Source: Longimicrobiales bacterium
GTDB lineage: Bacteria > Gemmatimonadota > Gemmatimonadetes > Longimicrobiales > Gaopeijiaceae
Direction of reading: 5' to 3'
Assembly (NCBI GenBank): GCA_965204735.1
Contig: OZ242008.1
Coordinates: 2,336,001 to 2,400,000, forward strand
Length of the DNA: 64,000 bases
Below, piece after piece: positions 27,904-38,267 of this stretch (position 1 is the stretch's first letter; every line of letters starts with the position of its first letter). Below the pieces are notes generated by a model. That model was not told the DNA's origin, ran no database searches, and saw only the letters and a program-made list of their open reading frames with translations. The translations under genes were made by a program, and so were the position numbers.

Positions 27904-30324
27904 GTGACTGGCGTCCGCGAAGCGTTCCTGGACCCTGAGTACGGCCCGGCCCCGGAGAGCGACGAGGCGGCGACCGAGTGGCTGGAGGGCGGAGAGCGGG
28001 TCTTCGGGCACTACGTCGGCGGCGAGTGGACCGCGGGCGACGGGCCGCTGCACGAGACCCGATGCCCCGCGGACGGGAGGCTGCTGGCCCGGTTCCGGTA
28101 CGGCACGGCGGAAGACGTGGCCCGGGCGGTGGCGGCCGCTCGCGCGGCGCTGGCTTCGTGGCGGAACACGGACGGCCACGCGCGGGCTCGCTTCCTGTAC
28201 TCGATCGCCCGGCAGCTCCAGAGGCGCTCGCGGCTCTTCGCCGTGGTCGAGTCGCTGGACAACGGCAAAGCCTTGCGGGAGTCCCGGGACATGGACGTGC
28301 CCCTGGCGGTTCGCCACTTCTACCATCATGCGGGCTGGGCGCAGCTGGCGGAGGCCGAGTTCGAGGGGTGGGAGGCCGCCGGGGTCGCGGGTCAGATCGT
28401 CCCGTGGAACTTCCCGCTGCTGATGCTGGCGTGGAAGGTCGCTCCGGCGCTGGCCGCCGGGTGCACGGTGGTCCTCAAGCCCGCCGAGCACACTCCGCTG
28501 ACGGCGCTTCTCTTCGCGGAGGCGGCGGATCGGGCGGGGCTGCCGCCGGGCGTGCTCAACATCGTGACGGGAGACGGGGCTGCGGGCGCCGCGCTGGTGC
28601 GTCACCCCGGGGTGGACAAGGTCGCGTTCACCGGCTCCACCGAGGTGGGGCGGGAGATCCGTCGGGCGACGGCCGGGACGGGCAAGGGGCTGTCGCTGGA
28701 GCTGGGCGGCAAGTCCCCCTTCGTGGTCTTCGACAACGCCGACCTGGACGCGGCCGTGGAGGGGGTGGTGGACGGGATTTGGCTGAACCAGGGTCAGGTG
28801 TGCTGCGCCGGGTCGCGGCTCCTCGTCCAGGAGAGCGTGGAGGACGACGTCCTGGGTCGCCTGCGGGCGCGGATGGAGCGGTTGCGGGTTGGGCATCCCC
28901 TGGACAAGTCCACGGACATGGGGGCGGTGGTGGACGCCAGCCAGCTCGACCGGATCGAGGGCTACCTGGCGGGTGGGCGGGCGGACGGCGCGGAGGTCTG
29001 GCAACCTTCCGTGCCGATGCCGGAGCGCGGGCTCTTTCTTCCGCCCACCCTGTGCACGGGCGCGCCCCCGTCCAGCGCAATCGCGACGGAGGAGGTGTTC
29101 GGGCCGGTGGTGGTGAGTCTGACCTTCCGCACGCCGGCCGAGGCCGTCTCGCTGGCCAACGACACCCGCTACGGGCTGGCGGCCAGCGTGTGGACCGAGG
29201 ACGTGAACCTGGCCTTGGACGTGGCGCCGGCGATCAAGGCCGGGACGGTGTGGATCAACTGCACCAACCTGTTCGACGCGGCGTCCGGCTTCGGCGGCTA
29301 CCGCGAGTCGGGCTTCGGGCGCGAGGGCGGCCGCGAGGGGATGTGGGAGTACCTGAAGCCGGTGGTGGCGCAGCGGGGGCGGGCGCTGGCCGGCGGCGTT
29401 GGCGTCTCGGAGGGCGGCGACCGGGCGCCCGACGGCGCTGCCGCTGGCGTTGGCTTCGGCGACGATGCCGTCGATCGGACCCGGAAGCTGTGGATCGGGG
29501 GGAAGCAGGCGCGCCCCGACGGCGGCTACTCGCTGTTGGTCCGGGACGGGGACGGCCGGCCCTTCGCGGAGGTGCCTCGGGGGAACCGGAAGGACGTTCG
29601 CAACGCCGTGGAGGCGGCTCGAAGGGCTCGTGAAGCGTGGGCGGCGGCCAGCGGGCACGTCCGCGCCCAAATCCTCTACTACCTGGCGGAGAACTTGGCG
29701 GCGCGGGCCGAGGGCTTCGCGGCGACGCTGGAGCGGGCAGCGGGCGGCTCCGACGGGGACTCGTCCAAGGCCGCCGGCGAGGTGGAGGCGGCGGTGCGCG
29801 CGATCTTCACCTTCGCGGCGTGGGCCGACAAGCACGACGGGCGGGTGCACTCGACCCCTTTCCGCAACGTGGTCCTGGCGATGAACGAGCCGGTGGGCGC
29901 CGTGGCGATCCGTTGCGGAGACGAGGCGCCGTTGGCGGGCGTCGCCGGCCCGTTGGCCGCCGCGCTTTCGCAGGGCAACGCCGTCGTGCTGCTGGCGCCG
30001 GCCCGGTTCCCAGTGGCCGCGCTGGACTTGGTGCAGGTGCTGGAGACCTCCGACATACCCCCAGGCGTCGTCAACATCCTGTCGGGTCTGCACGGGGAGA
30101 TCGTCCCCGCGCTGGCGGCCCACGACGACGTGGATCAGCTCTGGGAGCTGGCCGGCGACGACTTGGCCGCCGAAGCCGAGCGTCTTTCCGCCGGCAACCT
30201 GAAGCGGGTGTGGGCGGACCAGGACGGCGTGGTAGACTGGACGGCGCTTTCCGGCCGCGACTGCGAGTTCGTCCTGCGACACGCCACTCGCGTCAAGAAC
30301 GTCTGGGTGCCCTACGGCGCGTGA
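27904..30324 (+). CDS. Double-domain aldehyde dehydrogenase (ALDH16-like)
   Basis: PWNFPL, KPAE, FTGST, ELGGK, GQVCCAG, EEVFGP; second degenerate ALDH domain ending K.VWVPYGA. Confidence 0.94.
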   Translation: MTGVREAFLDPEYGPAPESDEAATEWLEGGERVFGHYVGGEWTAGDGPLHETRCPADGRLLARFRYGTAEDVARAVAAARAALASWRNTDGHARARFLYSIARQLQRRSRLFAVVESLDNGKALRESRDMDVPLAVRHFYHHAGWAQLAEAEFEGWEAAGVAGQIVPWNFPLLMLAWKVAPALAAGCTVVLKPAEHTPLTALLFAEAADRAGLPPGVLNIVTGDGAAGAALVRHPGVDKVAFTGSTEVGREIRRATAGTGKGLSLELGGKSPFVVFDNADLDAAVEGVVDGIWLNQGQVCCAGSRLLVQESVEDDVLGRLRARMERLRVGHPLDKSTDMGAVVDASQLDRIEGYLAGGRADGAEVWQPSVPMPERGLFLPPTLCTGAPPSSAIATEEVFGPVVVSLTFRTPAEAVSLANDTRYGLAASVWTEDVNLALDVAPAIKAGTVWINCTNLFDAASGFGGYRESGFGREGGREGMWEYLKPVVAQRGRALAGGVGVSEGGDRAPDGAAAGVGFGDDAVDRTRKLWIGGKQARPDGGYSLLVRDGDGRPFAEVPRGNRKDVRNAVEAARRAREAWAAASGHVRAQILYYLAENLAARAEGFAATLERAAGGSDGDSSKAAGEVEAAVRAIFTFAAWADKHDGRVHSTPFRNVVLAMNEPVGAVAIRCGDEAPLAGVAGPLAAALSQGNAVVLLAPARFPVAALDLVQVLETSDIPPGVVNILSGLHGEIVPALAAHDDVDQLWELAGDDLAAEAERLSAGNLKRVWADQDGVVDWTALSGRDCEFVLRHATRVKNVWVPYGA

Positions 30325-30382
30325 GGCGGCGCCCGGCGCGCTGCGCGACTCGGCTCTTGGCGTGCTGCGTGCGCGGTGTTGG

Positions 30383-30874
30383 CTAAAGCTGGAATATGTT
30401 CGCCAGGCGTTCGCCGCACCGGAGCAATCGCACGGGCCGTTTTTTTCCTCCCCACTCGACGGGGCGGAGCCTCAGTTGTCTATACTGGTCCCTGCGATGG
30501 ATCAATCCCTTCTCGACGACGACGACCGGCACGACTTTCGACACGCACTGGTGCTCCGCCAGTTTCCGCTCCGTCCAGCGCGCGCCCGCGGCCAACTGCC
30601 GTACAGCCTTGGCGTACCGCACGTTGGCCCCACCCTTGAATTCCATCAGAACGACCCATCCGTTGTCCTTACTCTCGCCTACAAAGACGTAATCGCATCG
30701 TTCGCCGTCCATCCCCTTCAGTTCCGAGTCAACCGCAGCGCACCGGTCAATGTCTATCAGCACGTAAGGCGATGGCGCATTGGCCAGATCGACAGTACAG
30801 CCCCGTCTTGAGCATGTATTGACCATACATCTCTCGTGCATTTGGGCTGTCATGATCGAAACCGCCGATTTCAA
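30383..30874 (-). CDS. Small hypothetical protein, putative PD-(D/E)XK nuclease fold
   Basis: TTG overlapping ATPase stop; RCDYVFV...LMEFKGG...A.RQL; low GC. Confidence 0.6.
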   Translation of the reverse strand: MKSAVSIMTAQMHERCMVNTCSRRGCTVDLANAPSPYVLIDIDRCAAVDSELKGMDGERCDYVFVGESKDNGWVVLMEFKGGANVRYAKAVRQLAAGARWTERKLAEHQCVSKVVPVVVVEKGLIHRRDQYRQLRLRPVEWGGKKRPVRLLRCGERLANIFQL

Positions 30875-32409
30875 CGCGACCGAACCCTTTCTCGCCGGTC
30901 GAGAATGTCGGCCCAATCGTTGTACAGTGCCTCGTTCACTTTGTCATACCCCACAGGGTATGTCCCACCACCTTCGTCGAGACCGATCTCCTGTACCGTC
31001 GAGCCACCTTCTGTCTCGTCCAATGTAAACAGCCAAACCCCAACATCCCCGGGCGACAGCGCAGTCTCCGACGCAGGCAATCCTTGCCGGGCATCTTCCG
31101 GCAACTGCCCGACGGCGGTCACGTTGGCCAGGGTTTCCAGCACAACTTCACTGTGCGTCGTAACGATCACTCGGACGCCGTGTTGCACCGTCTTGGCCAA
31201 GAAGCGAGCTAGTTGCACCTGCATGGCAGGATGCAGATGCGACTCCGGCTCTTCGATGATCAGCACTTGGTTCTTCCGAACGACATGCTTCACAAAAAGG
31301 ACAAGTGGCGCCAGCTCCGACACCATTGAAGACGCCGTCATCAGAGGCAAGCTTTTCTGCCACCCCCGCGGGCGATAGTGGTACGAGGGATAGTTGACTT
31401 CCGACTTCTCGCTGACAACTTCACCGCTTAGCATGCTACTCTCCAGCTCGCCGGCGAGTGCCTCAAGAGAAGCGTGGGAGCCTCGGCGTGGCAGATCAAT
31501 CAGTTGTGCCAGAAAGTCTGCCAGCACGCCAGAGAACATCGGCAGGCTCTCGGGCTGTCTAATTCCTGCATGGGATGCCTGGTCGATCAGTGACCGTACA
31601 ACCACGGTGTGAGCGTGCATGATGCCTGAACGGTCCGCCGGAAGGTAGTGCGCGGGACGACCAAGGGGCCCAAGGCTTGATCGAAACACAGAGTCGGTCA
31701 GGTTGTCAAGCATGACCCGTGCACGCTCTTGTTGAACTTCCTCGGGCGGCTTGAGATCCTCGATCATTGCTGTAGTCTCGGACGCGGCAAAGTAGAACCA
31801 ATTCAGTGCTGAGTGATCTACTCCAGACTGCAAACTCATTGGAATGTCGGCCATGACCGATCCCTCCCCTGGGCCCAATGTATACTGATAGCTGTACCCT
31901 AAAGGAGACTCATGGCGCAACGGCACTCTCGTGTTCAACGTCACACTGGCCCATCTGTCTCCGTTGCGACGACTCAGTGTAGCGGTGTCGCGCAACCCAA
32001 GACACCACACCACCTCGTCGGCCAGCGCCTTGGGTGCCGAAGGCTGGGCAATCAGCCGTGCGCGAACATGCTCCACCATGGCCGGCGGTATTGTGTGAAG
32101 CGGAGACCGGCCGGCCGACATGGCATTCACACCCGCCAGCACGTCATGAGCTGACGCGGGTGACAAGGATGCCTTCTGACCCAGGTCGAGAAGTGAGCGT
32201 CCATGGCTGTGACGAATGTGTCGTTGAGATGGACCGCTGACAAGGCGATGCAGCGCGTAGATCAGCATGGCCATGTAGGACTTGCCGGTATTGCTGGGTC
32301 CCACAAACACGGTTAAGGGCCGCAAGTCGATGTGTGCGCTCGCAATCGGCCCAAAGTCCTCGGCCTCGACGGCAACCAAGGCGTCAGTGGTCCGGCTATC
32401 GGTCGTCAC
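30871..32409 (-). CDS. ABC/AAA_15-AAA_21-type ATPase
   Basis: FGPI, Walker A GPSNTGKS, signature-like ASSMVSELAP, IIEEPESHLHP, TTHS; low GC. Confidence 0.9.
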   Translation of the reverse strand: MTTDSRTTDALVAVEAEDFGPIASAHIDLRPLTVFVGPSNTGKSYMAMLIYALHRLVSGPSQRHIRHSHGRSLLDLGQKASLSPASAHDVLAGVNAMSAGRSPLHTIPPAMVEHVRARLIAQPSAPKALADEVVWCLGLRDTATLSRRNGDRWASVTLNTRVPLRHESPLGYSYQYTLGPGEGSVMADIPMSLQSGVDHSALNWFYFAASETTAMIEDLKPPEEVQQERARVMLDNLTDSVFRSSLGPLGRPAHYLPADRSGIMHAHTVVVRSLIDQASHAGIRQPESLPMFSGVLADFLAQLIDLPRRGSHASLEALAGELESSMLSGEVVSEKSEVNYPSYHYRPRGWQKSLPLMTASSMVSELAPLVLFVKHVVRKNQVLIIEEPESHLHPAMQVQLARFLAKTVQHGVRVIVTTHSEVVLETLANVTAVGQLPEDARQGLPASETALSPGDVGVWLFTLDETEGGSTVQEIGLDEGGGTYPVGYDKVNEALYNDWADILDRRERVRSR

Positions 32410-32703
32410 TCTACGGAGCCCCTTGCTCGGGCGGCCTGGCGAACATCGCTCCACGGTAACCGCTCCTGGCCCGAAGCGCAACTGCGCGACCGGACGCTCC
32501 GCACGAACCAAGGACAGCGGTGCGCGCAGCGGACTCGCTGGCACCGTCGCCGGACTCCGAGCTTCGGGGTTGCGGGAGGGCGGCGCCTAGTGTAAGATCG
32601 GGTTCGGCCAAACCGAATCTTGCAAGAGGGGCGTGCGCGTGCCATACCGGGTTCCAGCGACGCACGAAGCTCATGAGCCAGCCGTGGCGAGGAGCGCCGG
32701 CCG

Positions 32704-34446
32704 GTGCTGACGAAGCTGACGGTCCGCAACTTCAAGCGGTTCGACGACGTGGAAGTCGAGCTCGGGAGCCCCGTCGTCCTCGTGGGACCCAACAACTCGG
32801 GCAAGACGACCGCTCTTCAGGCGATGGCTCTGTGGGGAACCGGAGTCCAGCGCTGGGCCGACAAGCGGCTGGGACGCGAGACCCCCGAGAAGCGACCCGG
32901 GGTGACCGTCAACCGCCGAGACTTGGTGGCGGTCCCAGTTCCCGAAGCGAAGTTGCTCTGGCGCGCGCTGCACGTCCGCGACGTGCGGAAGATCAAGGGC
33001 AAGCAGACCACGGCCAACATCCGCGTCGAGATCGTGGTGGAAGGAGTCGCCGACGGCCAGCGGTGGGAGTGCGGATTCGAGTTCGACTACGCAAACCCCG
33101 AGTCGCTCTACTGCAGACCGCTCCGCCTGAACGGGGGCCGGACGCCCGAGCGGATGCCCGTGCCCAAGGCCGCGACCCAGGTCCGCATCGCCTACCTGCC
33201 TCCCATGTCCGGCTTGGCAGCCACCGAGGTGCGGCTGGACGCTGGAGCCATCGACGTGCGAGTCGGCGAGGGACGTACTGCGGAAGTTCTACGCAACCTG
33301 TGCCACAATGTGCATCAGTCGGCCCCTCAGCACTGGGAAGAAATCGTCACGCGGATGGCGAGCCTCTTCCGCGCCCACATCGATCCGCCACAGTACTTGC
33401 CTCGACGGGGCGAAGTCGCCATGACCTACCAGGAGCGCGGCACGAGCCTGGACTTGTCGGCGTCTGGACGAGGCTTTCAGCAGACCCTCCTCCTCCTGGC
33501 GTACATGCACGCCAACCCAGGAGCGGTTCTCCTCCTCGACGAGCCCGACGCCCACCTGGAGATCCTTCGGCAACGCCATATCTACGGCGTCCTCGCCGAG
33601 ACTGCCGAGAGGACAGGAAGCCAGATCGTGGCGGCGACCCACTCGGAAGTGGTGCTCAACGAGGCCGCGGGGCGCGACGTGGTGGTGGCCTTCGTCGGTC
33701 GGCCGCACCGCATCGACAACCGGGGCAGCCAGGTCGCAAAGGCACTGAAGGAGATCGGCTTCCAGGACTACTACCAAGCCGAACAAACCGGCTGGGTGCT
33801 CTACGTCGAGGGCTCGACGGACTTGGCGGTGTTGCGGACGTTCGCGCGCCGGCTAGGTCATGAAGACGCGCAACGAGCGCTGGAACGGCCCTTTGTCCAC
33901 TACGTCGGCAACCGGCCCGGTGAAGTCGCGAGGCACTTCCACGGCCTCAAGGAAGCGGTCCCCACGCTGCGAGCGGTGGCGATCTTCGATCGGCTCAAGT
34001 CCTTGCCGGAGGTGCCGCCAGTGCGTTGCCTCATGTGGGAGCGCCGCGAGATCGAGAACTACCTTTGCCAGCGCACCACGCTGGAGGCGTATGCAACGGC
34101 CTCGGCAGCGGCTTCCGCCGCGAAGGACGCTCTCGTCCCACTGTCTGTCGGTGGCGAGGTCGACAAGAGGGCCCGCGCGATGCAGGAAGCGATCACGGAA
34201 ACCAAGGCAGCCCTGGAGACGCTCGGCAAAGGTTCGCCATGGGGACCCGACCTGAAGGTCAGCGACGACTTCCTCACGCCGGTCTTCCGCACCTACTTCC
34301 GCAAGCTCGGCCTGCCCAATCTGGTCGCCAAGACGAACTTCCATGTGCTGGGAGTGCATGTCCCCGAGCCCGAGATCGCGCCGGAAGTCAGGGACAAGCT
34401 GGACGCCATCGCCAGCGTCGCGGAAGCGGACAACGAGCGTCGATGA
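32704..34446 (+). CDS. ABC ATPase-TOPRIM fusion (OLD-like ATP-dependent nuclease)
   Basis: NFKRF, GPNNSGKTT, SG.G, LLDEPDAHL, ATHSE; then YVEGSTD, AIFDR, REIENY. Confidence 0.85.
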   Translation: MLTKLTVRNFKRFDDVEVELGSPVVLVGPNNSGKTTALQAMALWGTGVQRWADKRLGRETPEKRPGVTVNRRDLVAVPVPEAKLLWRALHVRDVRKIKGKQTTANIRVEIVVEGVADGQRWECGFEFDYANPESLYCRPLRLNGGRTPERMPVPKAATQVRIAYLPPMSGLAATEVRLDAGAIDVRVGEGRTAEVLRNLCHNVHQSAPQHWEEIVTRMASLFRAHIDPPQYLPRRGEVAMTYQERGTSLDLSASGRGFQQTLLLLAYMHANPGAVLLLDEPDAHLEILRQRHIYGVLAETAERTGSQIVAATHSEVVLNEAAGRDVVVAFVGRPHRIDNRGSQVAKALKEIGFQDYYQAEQTGWVLYVEGSTDLAVLRTFARRLGHEDAQRALERPFVHYVGNRPGEVARHFHGLKEAVPTLRAVAIFDRLKSLPEVPPVRCLMWERREIENYLCQRTTLEAYATASAAASAAKDALVPLSVGGEVDKRARAMQEAITETKAALETLGKGSPWGPDLKVSDDFLTPVFRTYFRKLGLPNLVAKTNFHVLGVHVPEPEIAPEVRDKLDAIASVAEADNERR

Positions 34447-34489
34447 GCATCACGGCGGAGGTGCGCCGATGACCGCCGACGCCTCTGGG

Positions 34490-35563
34490 CTACCCTGCCC
34501 GGCCCTCCCGCGTCCGGCTTGACGGCTTCGCCCGCCACAGCGCCGCAACGCTGCCCGGGGCCGCGATCAGCTCGAACGCGGTGATCCACGCACGCTGGGC
34601 GACGGCCAGAACGACGCTCGCCTCAAGACCCAGCGTGGGCTCCGCCATGGCGATCATCGCAGCCTCCCGAACGCCGACCCCTGCCGGGGCGAAGACGGCG
34701 ACGTAGCCCGCCAAGTACGCGCCGGCAAAGACGGTCGTGCAGAACAGAAAGGAGCCGTCGGCGCCGATGCTTCTGGCAAGCAAGAAGAACGCGAGCCCGT
34801 AGACGAACCACTTGCCGGCGAACGCGGCGATCCACGGCAGCGGCGCGAGCCCAGCCACCGACCGCGGGTCGAACTCGACCTCGGACCGCCGGCGTCGATG
34901 GAGCTTCCTCACCGCCCACTCCAGCGTCGCTCGCACGGGTCCGGAGCGCGTCAGGCCGACCAAGATCAGCAGGACGACGGCCCCCATCGCCGCAACTGAT
35001 CCCCAGGTGACGCCCGACAGCTGGAGCACCGCCCATCCACCGACGAACACGCCCGCTGCCAGGTGCATCAGCTGACTGTAGAGCGACGCCGCGGTTGCGA
35101 CGGGCGCAGGACAAAGCGCCCTCTTGGCCAGGACCGCCACTCCGACGACGTTCAGGACCTTCCCCGGAACGTACCGTCCGAAGTTGGCCAGGATGAGGAT
35201 CGCAGCGGCCGTGTGCAGGGGGACAAGAGGTCCCCCAAGTCGCTTCACCAACCTTCGCCACACCCAGCCGCCCAGCACGAGTTCCCCGAACAGCGCTGCG
35301 AAGGACGCGAGCAGGAGCAGCACGTCCAGTTGCACCAACGTCCAGTCGATCGCGCGTATCTCCGACAGCTGGGCGTCGACGCTCCGCAGCACGAACCAAG
35401 TGACCAGCACCGTCAGCGCCAGCTTGGCAGCCAGCACGCCGTACTTTGCATAGACGGCGGTGCTGTTGTCGCTAGCCCCCGACGCTGTGTCGTTCGCTCC
35501 CGACGACTGCTCGTTGGCCTCTGCGGGCGGGCCTGATTGCCCAGAGCGGGGGATGGTCGTCAA
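34490..35563 (-). CDS. Lysylphosphatidylglycerol synthase TM / flippase-like (UPF0104) protein
   Basis: Multi-TM; GRYVPG, PAGVGVRE. Confidence 0.85.
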   Translation of the reverse strand: MTTIPRSGQSGPPAEANEQSSGANDTASGASDNSTAVYAKYGVLAAKLALTVLVTWFVLRSVDAQLSEIRAIDWTLVQLDVLLLLASFAALFGELVLGGWVWRRLVKRLGGPLVPLHTAAAILILANFGRYVPGKVLNVVGVAVLAKRALCPAPVATAASLYSQLMHLAAGVFVGGWAVLQLSGVTWGSVAAMGAVVLLILVGLTRSGPVRATLEWAVRKLHRRRRSEVEFDPRSVAGLAPLPWIAAFAGKWFVYGLAFFLLARSIGADGSFLFCTTVFAGAYLAGYVAVFAPAGVGVREAAMIAMAEPTLGLEASVVLAVAQRAWITAFELIAAPGSVAALWRAKPSSRTREGRAG

Positions 35564-35609
35564 GTCGGCCGGGAGCGAGGAGACGACAGGTGGCTTGACG
35601 CGACGTCGC

Positions 35610-38267
35610 TCACTTCGAGTCCCCGGTCTGGGGCACCTTCAGGGTCTTCGGGCGACGGCCCAAGAACCGGGCCAGCAGCGGAGTCGCCAGCATGAGTCCC
35701 ACCGCAAGGGCCGAGGCCACGCTGACCCGAAGCGCGCGCGCCACCGTGGGCGCCGTGTAGCGCAGCTCGACCACGTGTTCGCCCGCCGTGGGCAGGGCAA
35801 TGGCTTGAAGGGTCACGTTGACCCGGTGGACTTCGGCCGGCGCGCCGTCGACTTCCGCCACCCAGCCCGGGAACCAGTTCTCGGAGACGATCAGCAGTCC
35901 TGGGCTGTGGTTGGTCACGCGGATCCGCCGGTAGTCGGCCTCGGCCGTCTCCCAGACGACGGCACCGGCCGCCTCCGCAACCTCCTCGCCGGAAGGAGCG
36001 GCCAGCGCACCGAAGAACTCGGGCGCGGGCCGGGACGCGACCGCCTCCCTGGCCGGGTCGAAGTCGCGCGACAGAACCCTGGCCAGGGCGGCCTCGTCGT
36101 CGTCCACGACGGTGGCAGACCCCACGACCCACGCCTTCTCCAGTCCCGGGTAAGCGTAGACGGCCTCGCCGCCTCCGGCCGTCGTGCTGAGTGCTTGGGC
36201 GCCCTCCCAGGGGGGTCGTCCCGCCCGCCCCAACGGCCAGACGACGTACTTGACGTTGAGCATCCGCAGGACGTTGGGGTGGTTGGTGTTGGCCCCGGAC
36301 ACCTCGCTGCCTGCAAGTCCCAGCAGCTGGCGGTAGCGCGCCAAGTCGTTCGGGTGGTGTCCGCCCACGAGATCCTGCCCGTGCATGGCGTACTCCACGT
36401 TCTGGATGCTCCCCCGCAGGTCCGCGACTCGGAAGGGCGGCGCGCGCTCCTTCTGATCGGCCAGGAAGCGGGTGTTGGCGTCCGGGGCCGCCCATGCGTG
36501 GAAGTCGAAGTTGCGGATGAATGCCCGGTCGATCCGCCCCAGGTCCAGGGCAATCAAGCCCGCCGCGACGACGACGGCCACGGTTGCCGACACCTTCCCT
36601 TCCATGACCGCCCAGAGGATCGTCGCGACCAACCCCGCCAGCACGAGCGCGATCCCGAAGCCTCGGGTGGCGAAGGGCTCCAGCCTGGCCAGCGCCGCCG
36701 AGGCTTGCGCGTCTGCGCCGGCCCCCGGATGCACCACGGTCGTCCAGAAGCGCTCCAGCGCGCCGGTGGACTGCAGAATCAGCCCGAGCAGCAGAAGCGC
36801 GACCGCCCCGAGCAGCACTCGCCCCCTGACGCTTGTCAGAAACGCCCCCGGCGACGGCTTGGCCCGCACCAGGTCGTCCACGCCGACGGCAAGGAGGGTC
36901 GTCGCGCCGAAGCTGACCAGAAACGCCGCCAGCGAAGGCGCCCGGAAGAGGGATATCCCCGGCACGAATTCGTAGAACAGCCTCCACACCGGCGTGTGCG
37001 CGCCAAGGGCGAAGAAGAGCCAGACCAGGGCCATCCCGGCCATGAACCAGCGGAGGCCCGCCGACGCGCCCGACGATGACCCGCCCATTCCATGCCGCCC
37101 GCCCCGTTCGGCTCCCGCGCCCGCCCCGGACGCCCCTTGCCTGTTTCGCGATCCTCTTGGTCGTCCCTTGCGGGACCCCTTCCCGGTCCGCGCCCACGCT
37201 CCCGCCAGCCCGAAGAGCGCCAGCGTCAGGACCGTGACGCCCACGTACTCGTGGTTGAGCTTGACCGCGTTGCGCCCCCAGTAGGTGCTTTCGGCCCACG
37301 CGGCGTCGGCGGCGCTGTTGCCGACGAACTCGGGAACGACCAGCGCGACGGCCTCTTCCGGGTGGAGCGACCAGGAGCTGGAGTAGGCACGTGCTGCTTC
37401 GGGGGACGCGTCCACCGTCGTTGCGGTCCTCCGGGACGCGTCTCCCACGTAGCTGGCCGCCGGAAGCAGTTGGAACGCCGCCAGTCCGCCGCCGAGGAGC
37501 GCGCTCCCAAGAAAGATCGTTGCGGGGTAGAAGCGTCGAGCGCCCGTCGCCCCCTTCCGCCACTTCTGGACGGTGCGGAAGACCGCATACGCCCCCACCG
37601 AGCCGAAGAGGAAGTAGGACGTCTGGAACTGCGTCGTGAGGCACGTCAGGGCCACGGCACCCGCCAGCCCCGCCCCGCTCCGGGCCGACGGCCTTCGCAT
37701 GACCGACTCCGCGCCCCAGAACACCAGAGGCGCGAGCGATGCGACCATCAGCTTCCCGTCGTTGCCCGGCAGCACCAGCGTGACGATTGCCGGGGCCAGC
37801 AGCCACGCGAGCCCTGCCACGGTGGCCGCCCGCCGGTCGAGCCCCAAGCTGCGCACCCAGCCGTGCATGAAGAAGCCGCCCGCCAGCACGTGCAGCACCA
37901 GCTTCCACCCCACCGCGCGGTACGGCTCGGAGACGAGGTACAGCAGGCTGGTCGGGTAGATCGCGTCCCCCCCCGAAAGCGACTCGAAGAACGGTATGCC
38001 GCCGTACTGTCGCGTCCCCCACAGCGGAAAGTCCCCGGCCGCCAGGCGCTCGGCCAAGTACGCCCGGGCCATGTATCCCCCCGCCTGGATCGTGTCCCCG
38101 CCGTACAGCATCGCATCCGAGAAGATGAACTCGGCAAAGAGCACGACGGTCGCGCCCACGTACAGCACCGCCGGGAGCCACCACGGGAGCTGGCCGGCCT
38201 GGAAGCCGCCGGTGAGGGCCGGGTTGGCAGGTCCCGCCTTAGATCGGGCGCGTCGCGAGTTACTCAT
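35610..38267 (-). CDS. YfhO-family GT-C membrane glycosyltransferase
   Basis: GD near N-terminus, PLW....GG.PF, IYP, many TMs, MLNVKY, SENWFPGW.A.VDG, G.H.VEL.Y. Confidence 0.88.
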   Translation of the reverse strand: MSNSRRARSKAGPANPALTGGFQAGQLPWWLPAVLYVGATVVLFAEFIFSDAMLYGGDTIQAGGYMARAYLAERLAAGDFPLWGTRQYGGIPFFESLSGGDAIYPTSLLYLVSEPYRAVGWKLVLHVLAGGFFMHGWVRSLGLDRRAATVAGLAWLLAPAIVTLVLPGNDGKLMVASLAPLVFWGAESVMRRPSARSGAGLAGAVALTCLTTQFQTSYFLFGSVGAYAVFRTVQKWRKGATGARRFYPATIFLGSALLGGGLAAFQLLPAASYVGDASRRTATTVDASPEAARAYSSSWSLHPEEAVALVVPEFVGNSAADAAWAESTYWGRNAVKLNHEYVGVTVLTLALFGLAGAWARTGKGSRKGRPRGSRNRQGASGAGAGAERGGRHGMGGSSSGASAGLRWFMAGMALVWLFFALGAHTPVWRLFYEFVPGISLFRAPSLAAFLVSFGATTLLAVGVDDLVRAKPSPGAFLTSVRGRVLLGAVALLLLGLILQSTGALERFWTTVVHPGAGADAQASAALARLEPFATRGFGIALVLAGLVATILWAVMEGKVSATVAVVVAAGLIALDLGRIDRAFIRNFDFHAWAAPDANTRFLADQKERAPPFRVADLRGSIQNVEYAMHGQDLVGGHHPNDLARYRQLLGLAGSEVSGANTNHPNVLRMLNVKYVVWPLGRAGRPPWEGAQALSTTAGGGEAVYAYPGLEKAWVVGSATVVDDDEAALARVLSRDFDPAREAVASRPAPEFFGALAAPSGEEVAEAAGAVVWETAEADYRRIRVTNHSPGLLIVSENWFPGWVAEVDGAPAEVHRVNVTLQAIALPTAGEHVVELRYTAPTVARALRVSVASALAVGLMLATPLLARFLGRRPKTLKVPQTGDSK

